A stretch of DNA of 27,242 nucleotides, from positions 1 to 27,242 of IMG/VR virus record IMGVR_UViG_3300020137_000034; one strand, given 5' to 3'. This DNA is from a virus (lineage: Duplodnaviria; Caudoviricetes). The stretch's first letter is position 1. Each line of letters begins with the position of its first letter. Under the pieces are notes generated by a model. The model made no database searches. It was not told the DNA's origin and saw only the letters and a list, made by a program, of their open reading frames with translations. Position numbers and translations under genes: made by a program. Below, one piece after another: positions 8,684-16,704 of this stretch.

Positions 8684-8712
8684 CTGTGAAATCGCCACGG
8701 CGAGCCTATACT
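8684..8712 (+). promoter_or_regulatory. Putative sigma70 promoter antisense to the late operon
   Basis: TATACT at 8707-8712, placed 6-7 nt before the 5' end of a long stem; -35 is weak. Confidence 0.5.
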
Positions 8713-8718
8713 GGCGCC

Positions 8719-8824
8719 GCTGTAGCCGCGAAGACTGGAAAATCGCCGGGCCAGTGGTTGCTTCCGAGCTTCCATGTGGGGGTGCCAGGTAACGACCTGG
8801 GTGGCGTCCCACCGTGGCTACAGT
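8719..8824 (+). ncRNA. Candidate ~105-nt multi-stem small RNA convergent with muF
   Basis: Terminal stem 8720-8730/8813-8823 (11 bp with a G-U pair that forms only on the + strand) enclosing hairpins 8734-8755 and 8776-8812. Confidence 0.55.
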
Positions 8825-10191
8825 GCATCACCCTCATCCAGGCGCACCATGCCGGGCTGTTCCAGGTTCGCCCGCGCCACGATAGCTCCACTGCGGATCG
8901 CATTGATCGCCGCGCCATCCTTCGCAAAGTCGATGCGCACCGCCAGGCGGCCGTACTGGCCATCGTCGCGTTGCGCCGGCTCGAACACGTACAGCAACGC
9001 AGGATGCCGGCTGGCACTGTCCCAGATCACCGCGCGCGGGTTGGCCAGGTGGCGGACCAGGTCGCGCACGTCAGCGAGAGTCAGCGACTTGCGCCCCTTG
9101 CGCGCCTCGGCCAGCAGATGGGGCACGTCGCGCTGCTCGATCGTCAGTCCGGCCGTTGCCGGCGTTACGCCCACCTTGCGATGCAACGCGTCGACGATCT
9201 GGGGGCTCAGTGCGCCGATCGTCCGACGCCCTCCCACGCCGCGCAGCTCGCCAGCGGTGATGGCATCCACCCACTCACGGTAAGCGTTCTCAAGATCACT
9301 CTGGATCACCGGCAGCGTCTGTGCCATCGCCCGCGCACCGGCCGCCGCCGGTGCGCGGTTGACCGCCTGCATGAATTCCTGCGCCACTTGCTGCCGTCGC
9401 GCCGCCTGGCCGGGATTGGTATCCCAGCCGGGATCGATGCCCTCGGGTATGTGTTCGATCGCGCCGGTGCGCTTGTTGATCCACTCGCGGAACTTCGGCT
9501 GAGGCGTTTCCAGCTTCACCGGTAGCAGTTGCTGCATTCGCCGGCCGGTCGGCAGGCCGGTGTCCTGGTCCAGCTCGGCCGGCGCCAGCGGATCCTGATA
9601 GCCGCGGTCGCGCAGACGACCGTATTCCACCCGGCTCACCTGGCGCACCCAGCATTTGCAGCCCCAGCCGTTGGGCGGCATGGCCCAGCGCCAGAATTCG
9701 TCCTCGATCGGCAGTAGCGTGCCCGCCCAGGCGACGTGCTGCGGGCGGTGCCGCGCGCTCGGTCCCAGCAGGTAAAGCAGGTAGGGGTGCGTGCTTGCGG
9801 TGCGCTGGATGCGCTCCCACTGGCCGGCCTGCCGCGCCGTACGCAGATTGGCGTTGTAGATCGTTTCGAGCCGCCTGGGTGAGCCGAGCTGCACTCGGCC
9901 CACCTGGCCCGTCAGCGGGTCCACCGCCCGCTGCACTCCCCACCAGCCGCGCTTCTGCAGCTCGGGCGTCACCTGCTTGGCCCACTCGCGCAACGTTGTG
10001 CCGTTCTTCAACGCACCGGCCAACGAATCGCGCATGTCGCTGAGCATGTCCAGCTGCGTCATCTTGGCGACGGTGAACGCGCCCGCATGCTCCTCGCGCC
10101 AAACATCACGGTAGTCGAAGCCCACCTTGAGCTTCTTCGCCTGCAGGTAGTCGAGCGCCTCCTGCGGCACCGGGCCGGTGGTGAAGCCCAT
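8818..10191 (-). CDS. MuF (gp30) minor head protein with C-terminal extension (possible BECR-fold nuclease)
   Basis: EEHAGAFTVAK, GSPRRLETIYNANLRTA, HRPQH, PPNGWGCKCWV, IDPGWDTNPG, followed by ~170 aa of extra C-terminal sequence. Confidence 0.9.
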   Translation of the reverse strand: MGFTTGPVPQEALDYLQAKKLKVGFDYRDVWREEHAGAFTVAKMTQLDMLSDMRDSLAGALKNGTTLREWAKQVTPELQKRGWWGVQRAVDPLTGQVGRVQLGSPRRLETIYNANLRTARQAGQWERIQRTASTHPYLLYLLGPSARHRPQHVAWAGTLLPIEDEFWRWAMPPNGWGCKCWVRQVSRVEYGRLRDRGYQDPLAPAELDQDTGLPTGRRMQQLLPVKLETPQPKFREWINKRTGAIEHIPEGIDPGWDTNPGQAARRQQVAQEFMQAVNRAPAAAGARAMAQTLPVIQSDLENAYREWVDAITAGELRGVGGRRTIGALSPQIVDALHRKVGVTPATAGLTIEQRDVPHLLAEARKGRKSLTLADVRDLVRHLANPRAVIWDSASRHPALLYVFEPAQRDDGQYGRLAVRIDFAKDGAAINAIRSGAIVARANLEQPGMVRLDEGDAL

Positions 10192-10193
10192 GC

Positions 10194-11768
10194 TCAGGCC
10201 ACCGGCTTGTCAGTGGCGTCGCCCAGGGCGCGAGCCTTGAACGCCTGCGCGGCGAGCGAGCGCATCAGGTCGGCCGGATCCTCGGTGCTCATCAGCACGG
10301 CCAGGCCAGCGATGAACTCCTCTTCCGTCTGCGACCGCTCGGCCAGGTCACGCACCGGATCGACCAGCGGGTCGATCAGCGGCTCCCATTCGCCCAGCGG
10401 GTCGGCGACCAGCTCGTCGATCGCATCGTCGGCTACCACGTCGACACTGCCGGCGCGGTTGCGGGCGCGCTTCTCGATAGGCGGCGCAGGCGTTGGCGCT
10501 GCGGTCGGCGCCGGGCCGAGAACCTCTTCCTTCGCGTCCGGGTCGGGCAGGCCCAGCTTGTCGCGGATGGTCGATGCCCCCACGCGCAGGCCCAGCGGCA
10601 CCAGCTTGGACAGCGCCTCGGCTAGGCTGGCAATGTCTTCCGGCTCGATCACATCGATGCAGATCCGCGGGTAGCGTTCCTGCGGGCCGTAGTTCAGGTC
10701 GATGTACGGGCGCACCAGGTCACGGCTGAGCGTATTGCCCAACTGACGGGCGTCGGCGCGCTGGATGTCGCTGCGCACGTCGTTGTGCACGCTGGCCGTG
10801 TTGGAGCCCAGGCCCGTGGGCTGCGCGTCGGTGGTGGCCGTCTGGCCCAGCACCGCCTTGCTTACTTGGCGATCGAGCCAGTCCGCCAGGCCGGCAAACA
10901 CCTTGTCGCCGCCGTCGCTGGTGCGCGCCAACTGCTCGAACTGGATCTCCATCGACTTGGGCAGAATCGCCGCCGCGTCGGTACCGATGTTGGCCACCGC
11001 CGTGATCAGCGTGTTGATGTCGTCCTGCGACGTGCCCGGCGAGTACCGGCCGATGCGCAGCGGCATACCGAACACCTCGGCAAACGCCATCCAGTCGGTG
11101 AGCGTGAAGCTCTTGCACATGTAGGCCGCTGCGGCGATGCGCGCCAGGCCACCACGGATCGAGAGGCCGGACTTCAACCGGGGGCGGTGCACGATGAATT
11201 TGAACGCCGGCAGCGGCGTGCCCATGATGTGCTCGTCATCGAGCAGCATCAGCTTGGTCTGCGTTTCGTAGTCGAAGCGGAAGAACCGCGGGTCGCGCCA
11301 CTCGTAGCGTGCCGGCTTCCAGGTCTTGCCACTGCGATCCCACACGATCTCCACCGCGCTGTAGCCCTTGCCCAGCGCGTCCAGGCAATCGTCCGCCAAA
11401 TCGCCGAACGCCGGCGCCCGCACCAGCTCGCGTACGGCGTCGGCCAGCTTGATGTCCTTCGGATCGTCCGTGGCCGACTCCACCGTCACCGGCAGTCCGG
11501 AGACCGCCCGCTTACGCGTGCCCAGCACGCTGGTGTAGTGCCAGTCGCGCTCCTCCATCTCCTCGGCCAGGGTCAGGTACGTCGTGGCGTCGTTCTCGGT
11601 GGCATCGAGCAGGATCTGCGCCAGGCGCGATGGCGACAGCGATCCGGCCACCGGCGTGAAGCCCCAGGTGGAGCGGATGCCGGTGACCGTAGGCCGCGCG
11701 ATTTCCTGCTGCAGCACGCCCATCTCGAAGGGCTGGCCGTCTGGGCCAAGGATGCGGGACAGTGCCAT
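10194..11768 (-). CDS. Portal protein (Mu gp29, DUF935)
   Basis: LAEEMEERD, DALGKGYSAVEIVW, FAEVFGMPLRIGRY, SKAVLGQT, VHNDVR. Confidence 0.95.
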   Translation of the reverse strand: MALSRILGPDGQPFEMGVLQQEIARPTVTGIRSTWGFTPVAGSLSPSRLAQILLDATENDATTYLTLAEEMEERDWHYTSVLGTRKRAVSGLPVTVESATDDPKDIKLADAVRELVRAPAFGDLADDCLDALGKGYSAVEIVWDRSGKTWKPARYEWRDPRFFRFDYETQTKLMLLDDEHIMGTPLPAFKFIVHRPRLKSGLSIRGGLARIAAAAYMCKSFTLTDWMAFAEVFGMPLRIGRYSPGTSQDDINTLITAVANIGTDAAAILPKSMEIQFEQLARTSDGGDKVFAGLADWLDRQVSKAVLGQTATTDAQPTGLGSNTASVHNDVRSDIQRADARQLGNTLSRDLVRPYIDLNYGPQERYPRICIDVIEPEDIASLAEALSKLVPLGLRVGASTIRDKLGLPDPDAKEEVLGPAPTAAPTPAPPIEKRARNRAGSVDVVADDAIDELVADPLGEWEPLIDPLVDPVRDLAERSQTEEEFIAGLAVLMSTEDPADLMRSLAAQAFKARALGDATDKPVA

Positions 11769-13343
11769 TTAAAGAACCCTTTTCGACGTCTTGAAACCGG
11801 CGGTAATGGACACCGGCCGGGGCTGGCGATCGCCGTCGGCGTCGCCGCGGGTGGGCACCTTCTGGTAGGCGTACACCTCCACATCCTGGCGGCTTGCGTA
11901 GTGCATGAGCGCGATTGAGATCGCCGCGTCGCCGTGTCGCTGTCCACCGTCCTTGCCGGTGGAGCGCGCATCTGGCACGCGCGCCACGCCGTGGATCAGC
12001 TTGACCATGCGCAAGTCGGTGGCCACGTCCTTGTCGCGTGGCACGGCGATCGTGCCGTCTTCGAACGCGGCCTTGAGCGGTGGCATCTGCTCGCGGTACC
12101 AGGTCTCGCTGAACTTGATCAGCTCCACGCGGTGGTAGCCGTAGCGCTGGGCGAGGAACTCGGCCACCGCGCTGCCGTTGCCGCCGGCGTCCACCGCCGC
12201 CTTGGTGAAGTTGGGCAGCCGGTCGCAGATGAAGTTGAGGATCTGCTCCTGCTGGCGGTGCGGCATGTTCCGCAGCTCCAGCATGAACGGGATGCGGCGG
12301 GTGAGATCCTGCTCGATCTGCGCCGGGGTGATCACGGTCAGATCGCCGCTGCGCGCGAAGTCCTCGCCAAGCACGCTCTGCAGGCGCGGATCCAGCTGCT
12401 CGAGCAGCGGCTCGACCTCGAACTCCAGCCACTGCTGGATGACCTGGAAGCGGGCGGCATCCGGCTCCTTTTCGAAGCCCGCCGGGCAGGTGTAGCGCAG
12501 CACCGGCGCGGCATACATGCGCGCCTCCACCAGCACGCCGGACAGCCAGGCGCCGGAGCCCTGGGCCGGGATCACGTCCAGCTCTTCGCTGGCCGCGGCG
12601 GCGTAGGTCTTGCGGATCGCGGCTTTCCACATTGCTTGGACTTCGTCGGACCAGACCTTGCCCTGCCGCAGGCACACGCGCTGGAACAGGCCCTCGACGC
12701 ACGCATCTTCGAACGTGATGCGATGAACGCTGCCGGCGCGCTTACCAGAGCGGATGTCTTCCACCAGTTGGTTGAACGGGTTGTCCACGCCGTCGTGGGT
12801 TGAGATCACGCGGACCTTGCCGCCCCACATCAGCAGCGCGATCGCTGCCTTGAGCAGCTCGTCCAGATCGTTGTGGAAGGCCCCCTCGTCGATCACCACC
12901 ACGCCCTGCTTGCCGCGCAGGTTCGCCGGGCGACTCGACAGCGCCACGATGCGGAAGCCGGACGCGAAGCGGATCGTGTAGGTTTTGATCGCCTTTTCGT
13001 CGTTGCCGTCCTGGAAGAGCTCCTCGCCTTCCTCGACGGTCCCGCACGCCTGGCTGAACGTGCGCGCCCACATGGCGCAGGCCTCGATGTACTCGATGGC
13101 CATGTCCATGTTGTAGCCGATGTAATACACGTTCATGCCGCCGGCGCTGCGGGCGCGGCCGGCGATCAGCACGTCGTCGGCGGCCTCGGCCCACGTCAGG
13201 CCGGTGCGGCGGCTCTTCTCGGCCACCTTCAGGTCACTGTCGTCCGCCAGCCAGCGCTGCTGGTATGGCAGCAGCGCTGCCGGCACGTCGCTGTTGGCCG
13301 TATTGGGCAGCGCCTCGCGGATGACGGCGTCGAGCGTCGTCAT
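11769..13343 (-). CDS. Terminase large subunit (Mu gp28-like)
   Basis: LLPYQQRW, EKSRRTGLTWAEA, LRGKQGVVVIDEGAFH, GEDFARSGDLT, RHGDAAI. Confidence 0.93.
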   Translation of the reverse strand: MTTLDAVIREALPNTANSDVPAALLPYQQRWLADDSDLKVAEKSRRTGLTWAEAADDVLIAGRARSAGGMNVYYIGYNMDMAIEYIEACAMWARTFSQACGTVEEGEELFQDGNDEKAIKTYTIRFASGFRIVALSSRPANLRGKQGVVVIDEGAFHNDLDELLKAAIALLMWGGKVRVISTHDGVDNPFNQLVEDIRSGKRAGSVHRITFEDACVEGLFQRVCLRQGKVWSDEVQAMWKAAIRKTYAAAASEELDVIPAQGSGAWLSGVLVEARMYAAPVLRYTCPAGFEKEPDAARFQVIQQWLEFEVEPLLEQLDPRLQSVLGEDFARSGDLTVITPAQIEQDLTRRIPFMLELRNMPHRQQEQILNFICDRLPNFTKAAVDAGGNGSAVAEFLAQRYGYHRVELIKFSETWYREQMPPLKAAFEDGTIAVPRDKDVATDLRMVKLIHGVARVPDARSTGKDGGQRHGDAAISIALMHYASRQDVEVYAYQKVPTRGDADGDRQPRPVSITAGFKTSKRVL

Positions 13344-13894
13344 GCCGCGATGCCCAGCACCTGCTTGCGGATGGCCTCGGCCGTCGCCTCAGTCATGCCG
13401 CCCGCTTTCACCACGCTCTTGAGCGCCTCGGCCTGCTCGGCCTGCAGCTGCTCGCGCGCAATGCGCACGATCTCCTGTCGCTCCTGCAGGCTCATTTTGC
13501 GGGCCTGGAGGACCGCACGAGCACCGCGCGCCAGCTCGCCCACTTCCTTGATGGATACGTTCTTGTCGGCCTCGGTCGCGGTCAGCGCCGCATGCGTGGC
13601 CAGCGTGGTCACCGCCTGCACCAGGAGCTGCCCGCCGCGATCATTGGGATCCTCGCCCAGCTCCGTCACCAGCGCGGTACCCGCCGCCTGGATGTCGCGC
13701 ATGCGGCCCGCCAGTTCCGTCACCTGCTGGCTGTAGCGCCCGAGCGCACTGCGGCTGGGCGCCTGCGCCTCGGGAAAGCGCTCCCGCACCTTGGCGAGAA
13801 TCTCGTTCAGGCTGTACCGGTCCTCGCGCATCAGCTTCTCCAGGAAGCGGCGATGCTCGGCCGGTAGGCGCTTGATGCTCGACTGACGCGGCAT
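13340..13894 (-). CDS. Mu gp27-like (DUF3486) putative small terminase
   Basis: MPRQSSIKRLP, PSRSALGRY, C-terminal GMTEATAEAIRKQVLGIA; directly before the large subunit. Confidence 0.85.
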   Translation of the reverse strand: MPRQSSIKRLPAEHRRFLEKLMREDRYSLNEILAKVRERFPEAQAPSRSALGRYSQQVTELAGRMRDIQAAGTALVTELGEDPNDRGGQLLVQAVTTLATHAALTATEADKNVSIKEVGELARGARAVLQARKMSLQERQEIVRIAREQLQAEQAEALKSVVKAGGMTEATAEAIRKQVLGIAA

Positions 13895-13898
13895 GGGC

Positions 13899-14204
13899 TT
13901 ACTTCGGGCTCGGGTGGCTGATACCCGGCACGCGGGCGTGGCCCTCGGCAACGTCGCCGCCGCGGGCAGTCAACGTGCACAGGTACAGGCTGGGCACCTC
14001 CGGCACCGGCTCCAGCAGCACCAGGCCCTGGTCCTTGAGCCAGTGCGCGTCCGTCAGCACATCGTCCCTCGAGGCGGCTACAGCCAGGTGATGCAGGCCG
14101 GCGTGCAGGTTCGAGGTGTTGAGCCGAAAGCCCGGCTGTTCGGAAAGGATGCGCAGAATCACCAGGCGGCGGTCCTCGCGCAGGCGTTCGGTAAAAGTCT
14201 TCAT
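13899..14204 (-). CDS. Mu gp26-like winged-helix protein
   Basis: REDRRLVILRIL, WLKDQGLV, LTARGGDVAEGHARVPGISHPSP. Confidence 0.85.
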   Translation of the reverse strand: MKTFTERLREDRRLVILRILSEQPGFRLNTSNLHAGLHHLAVAASRDDVLTDAHWLKDQGLVLLEPVPEVPSLYLCTLTARGGDVAEGHARVPGISHPSPK

Positions 14205-14494
14205 CGATCGTTCTCCAGCAGATGCTCCTGGATCGTTCTCAACATCTGCGTCATGGCCTCGGTCCGGCCGCTGATGGCGGCCATGCTTTCCTGTACGTCG
14301 CCGATGCCGGTTCGCAAATCCAGCAGGTCGCGGTGCGTAGGCAGGTTGTCCACACGCGCTTCAAGTCGCGTCAGGCGCCGATCCAAGTCGCCGGCATCGT
14401 TGCTCTGGCGGCTGACGCGGTAGCCGATCACCAGCAGGCCGAGCAGGTTCACGATGAGCAACGCGATGATGATGGTGGCGGTCAGGTCGCTCAT
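14201..14494 (-). CDS. Mu gp25-like (DUF2730) membrane protein
   Basis: N-terminal TM helix then coiled coil RLTRLEARVDNLPT; directly before gp26. Confidence 0.75.
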   Translation of the reverse strand: MSDLTATIIIALLIVNLLGLLVIGYRVSRQSNDAGDLDRRLTRLEARVDNLPTHRDLLDLRTGIGDVQESMAAISGRTEAMTQMLRTIQEHLLENDR

Positions 14495-14715
14495 CAGAAT
14501 GGTTCCAATCCTTCAAACAAGGCGCGCATGGCCAGGCGATCGACCAGCGTCGGCGCCTTCGCGATGCGGCGGTAAAACGTACCGTTTGCCAGGCCCAGCT
14601 CTTCGCGTGCCTGCGCGTGGGTGTACGTGCTCTCGTCCATCCAGTGCTGCCAGTCCGGATGCACATTGGGAGTTTTCTCGCTCCGCGCTTTCCCACTTTG
14701 TAAAACCTCGATCAC
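14494..14715 (-). CDS. Small hypothetical protein, possible HTH
   Basis: GTG at 14715 overlaps the upstream stop; THAQAREELGLANGTFYRR resembles an HTH. Confidence 0.6.
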   Translation of the reverse strand: MIEVLQSGKARSEKTPNVHPDWQHWMDESTYTHAQAREELGLANGTFYRRIAKAPTLVDRLAMRALFEGLEPF

Positions 14716-14963
14716 TAGCCGATCCTCTGGTTGATCCGGTGGCGCTGCTCGAAATCCTGCGCACAACTGACGCAACGGCTGGTCTTGTGCGCCAGCGCCG
14801 CCAGGCGTTCCGGTTCGATCGGTTCATCGCAATCGATGCACAGAGCGGCCACGCCCGGCGCCCTGGGCTTGAAACTCTCGGCGATGCGATCGCGCACCCG
14901 CCGCACGCCTTCGTCCCGTTCGCGCTGTTCCATCTCCGGCACGGGGTCGATCTGGTCGGTCAA
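14715..14963 (-). CDS. TraR/DksA C4-type zinc finger protein
   Basis: CIDCDEPIEPERL...RCVSC; TTG start after GGAG. Confidence 0.85.
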   Translation of the reverse strand: MTDQIDPVPEMEQRERDEGVRRVRDRIAESFKPRAPGVAALCIDCDEPIEPERLAALAHKTSRCVSCAQDFEQRHRINQRIG

Positions 14964-14978
14964 TGCCTTGCTCCCGGA

Positions 14979-15245
14979 TCAGCCGCGCTTCAAGCGCATG
15001 GCGCGGCGATGCTGGCGCGCCGTCTTGCCGTGGCGGCAGGCCTTGCCCTGTTGCTTCTGCGGGCACCCTTTCTTTCCAGGCAGCACGTGGCCCGTCCCAG
15101 CTGATGCACGGCGCGGGGCCTTGGCGCGAGGGCTGATGCCTGACACCACCCTCGGCCCGGCCACCGGAATTTGTGGCGGCATGGCCCACGCGCCAAGGGC
15201 GGCGGCAAGGCCTACCACCAGCGGAAAAAATCGGCGTCGATACAT
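14979..15245 (-). CDS. Small basic protein with N-terminal signal-like segment
   Basis: ATG 15245 with GGAG RBS; MYRRRFFPLVVGLAAALGAWA followed by an Arg/Lys-rich tail. Confidence 0.6.
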   Translation of the reverse strand: MYRRRFFPLVVGLAAALGAWAMPPQIPVAGPRVVSGISPRAKAPRRASAGTGHVLPGKKGCPQKQQGKACRHGKTARQHRRAMRLKRG

Positions 15246-15279
15246 GGGGACTCCAGGTGATTCGAGTGGGCGGACCGCG

Positions 15280-15621
15280 TCAGTGCGTTCGAGACGTAAC
15301 GGGTGTGCTCGCCGCGGTGGTCGCGCGGTCGAGGTTGGCCTGGTCACGTACAGCCGACCACGCGGGGATCTGCAGCAGGGCATCGAGCACGCATACCGTG
15401 GGCTCACCCTTGAACAGGCAATTCCACGGCGGCGGTGCTGGCGCCGGCAGGGGATCGGTGAGCTTGCTATCCACCGCCTGGTACACCGGCACGGGGTTGT
15501 CGATCACCACCGGCGCCAGCTGTGGTTGCAGCGGCGGCATGGGGCGGTTCGCCGAACAGCCGGCGAGCAAGCACAGGGCACATAGGCAGGTGCTCAAGGT
15601 CAGAGCAGTCGGAGCTTTCAT
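15280..15621 (-). CDS. o-spanin (Rz1-like lipoprotein)
   Basis: Lipobox LLAGC, Pro-rich mature part; overlaps the 3' end of the i-spanin in another frame. Confidence 0.8.
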   Translation of the reverse strand: MKAPTALTLSTCLCALCLLAGCSANRPMPPLQPQLAPVVIDNPVPVYQAVDSKLTDPLPAPAPPPWNCLFKGEPTVCVLDALLQIPAWSAVRDQANLDRATTAASTPVTSRTH

Positions 15622-15955
15622 GGGCAACTTTCCTGTCGGCGGCGATGCGGCGGCGCGCCTCATCGGCAAGTTTCTTGGCGAGTACGTCGCGCTGATCCAG
15701 CGCCACTTTCGCCACCTGCTGCGCATCGAGCAGCGTCTGGTGCAGGTGGGCCAGGCGGCCTTGCAGATCCAGCAGCGCGGCTCCCGCTGTGCGGGCATTG
15801 GCCTGCGCGGTTTGCGTATCCCGCTGCGCATCGAGCACCAACTTGTTGTCATGCGCGATGCCGGCGGCATGGCCGCGGGTGTACGCGATGCTGGCGGCCA
15901 CGCTGGCCACCAGCACCAGAATCCCTATATCTATGGCGACCGCTTTGAGCGTCAT
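15467..15955 (-). CDS. i-spanin (Rz-like)
   Basis: N-terminal TM helix plus coiled coil, directly after the endolysin. Confidence 0.78.
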   Translation of the reverse strand: MTLKAVAIDIGILVLVASVAASIAYTRGHAAGIAHDNKLVLDAQRDTQTAQANARTAGAALLDLQGRLAHLHQTLLDAQQVAKVALDQRDVLAKKLADEARRRIAADRKVAHESSDCSDLEHLPMCPVLARRLFGEPPHAAAATTAGAGGDRQPRAGVPGGG

Positions 15956-16704
15956 GCGCACACCGCTTCGCCGGCCCATCCGGCTTCGATGTACGCGGGC
16001 TCCAGCACCAGCAGGATCTTCCGCACGTACGCGCGGTTCTCGCGCCAGGCGCCCGCTGACCGAACGCGCATGTCAGCCACGTTGCCACCCCAGCGCCGCT
16101 GATCGCGCCCGGCCTTGGCGGCCATCGCCTGCTCCCGGCGTAGGTTGCCCTCGCCGCCGTTGTAGGCCGACAGCGCAAACGACCATGTGCTGCACTGGCC
16201 AGCGCCCGGGTTGCGCTCCGCGAGCCAGGCGTCATAGATCGCCGCCGCCAGCGCAGCCTGCTGTGGATCCCAGGGATCGAATCCGCCGAGGCGGCCGGGA
16301 AATTTCTGCGCGATCCAGCGTGCGGTGGCCGGCATGAACTGCGCCAGGCCCTCCGCACCCACGGCGCTGCGCGCGTGCGGGTTCCAGCTCGACTCCTGGT
16401 GCAGCTGCGCCGCCAGCCTGGCGGGCGAGCCATCCACGCCCCATTCCTCGGCGGCGGCTTGCTCGACCCACCTGCGGTACATCGCACTGACCTCGGGCAC
16501 GCGCACCACGGGCGCGGCCTTGGTCGGCGACGGCGCCGGCGTGGCCGCCGGCACGTTGATGCTGACCACGCCAAGGCCAACGACGATCGCCGCCCAGCCA
16601 AGCCAGCCTCGCACGGTTTGCCGTGGCCAGCCGGCGGGCATCGGCGTCGTGGCCAGGAGCACCCAGCCAGCACCGGCAAGGATCAGGATCACGCCGCCCG
16701 TCAT
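15952..16704 (-). CDS. Endolysin, SLT-family lytic transglycosylase with N-terminal hydrophobic anchor
   Basis: QLHQESSWNP (catalytic Glu), GLAQFMPAT, LSAYNGG, ENRAYVRKI; ATG 16704 overlaps the upstream stop. Confidence 0.92.
   Translation of the reverse strand: MTGGVILILAGAGWVLLATTPMPAGWPRQTVRGWLGWAAIVVGLGVVSINVPAATPAPSPTKAAPVVRVPEVSAMYRRWVEQAAAEEWGVDGSPARLAAQLHQESSWNPHARSAVGAEGLAQFMPATARWIAQKFPGRLGGFDPWDPQQAALAAAIYDAWLAERNPGAGQCSTWSFALSAYNGGEGNLRREQAMAAKAGRDQRRWGGNVADMRVRSAGAWRENRAYVRKILLVLEPAYIEAGWAGEAVCA

Noticed and set aside
8590-8775. 61-aa minus-strand ORF as a MuF immunity protein
   Set aside because: No Shine-Dalgarno, low-information Arg/Ala/Gly/Ser composition, and it runs through the stems and AT motif; not formally excluded without ribosome profiling
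8719-8824. Genuine tRNA gene
   Set aside because: No GTTCRA T-loop, no 7-nt anticodon loop and no CCA end; only the overall multi-stem shape is tRNA-like
13190-13225. Degenerate terminase Walker A (KSRRTGLT) as a sign of inactivation
   Set aside because: This form is usual for Mu gp28-type terminases
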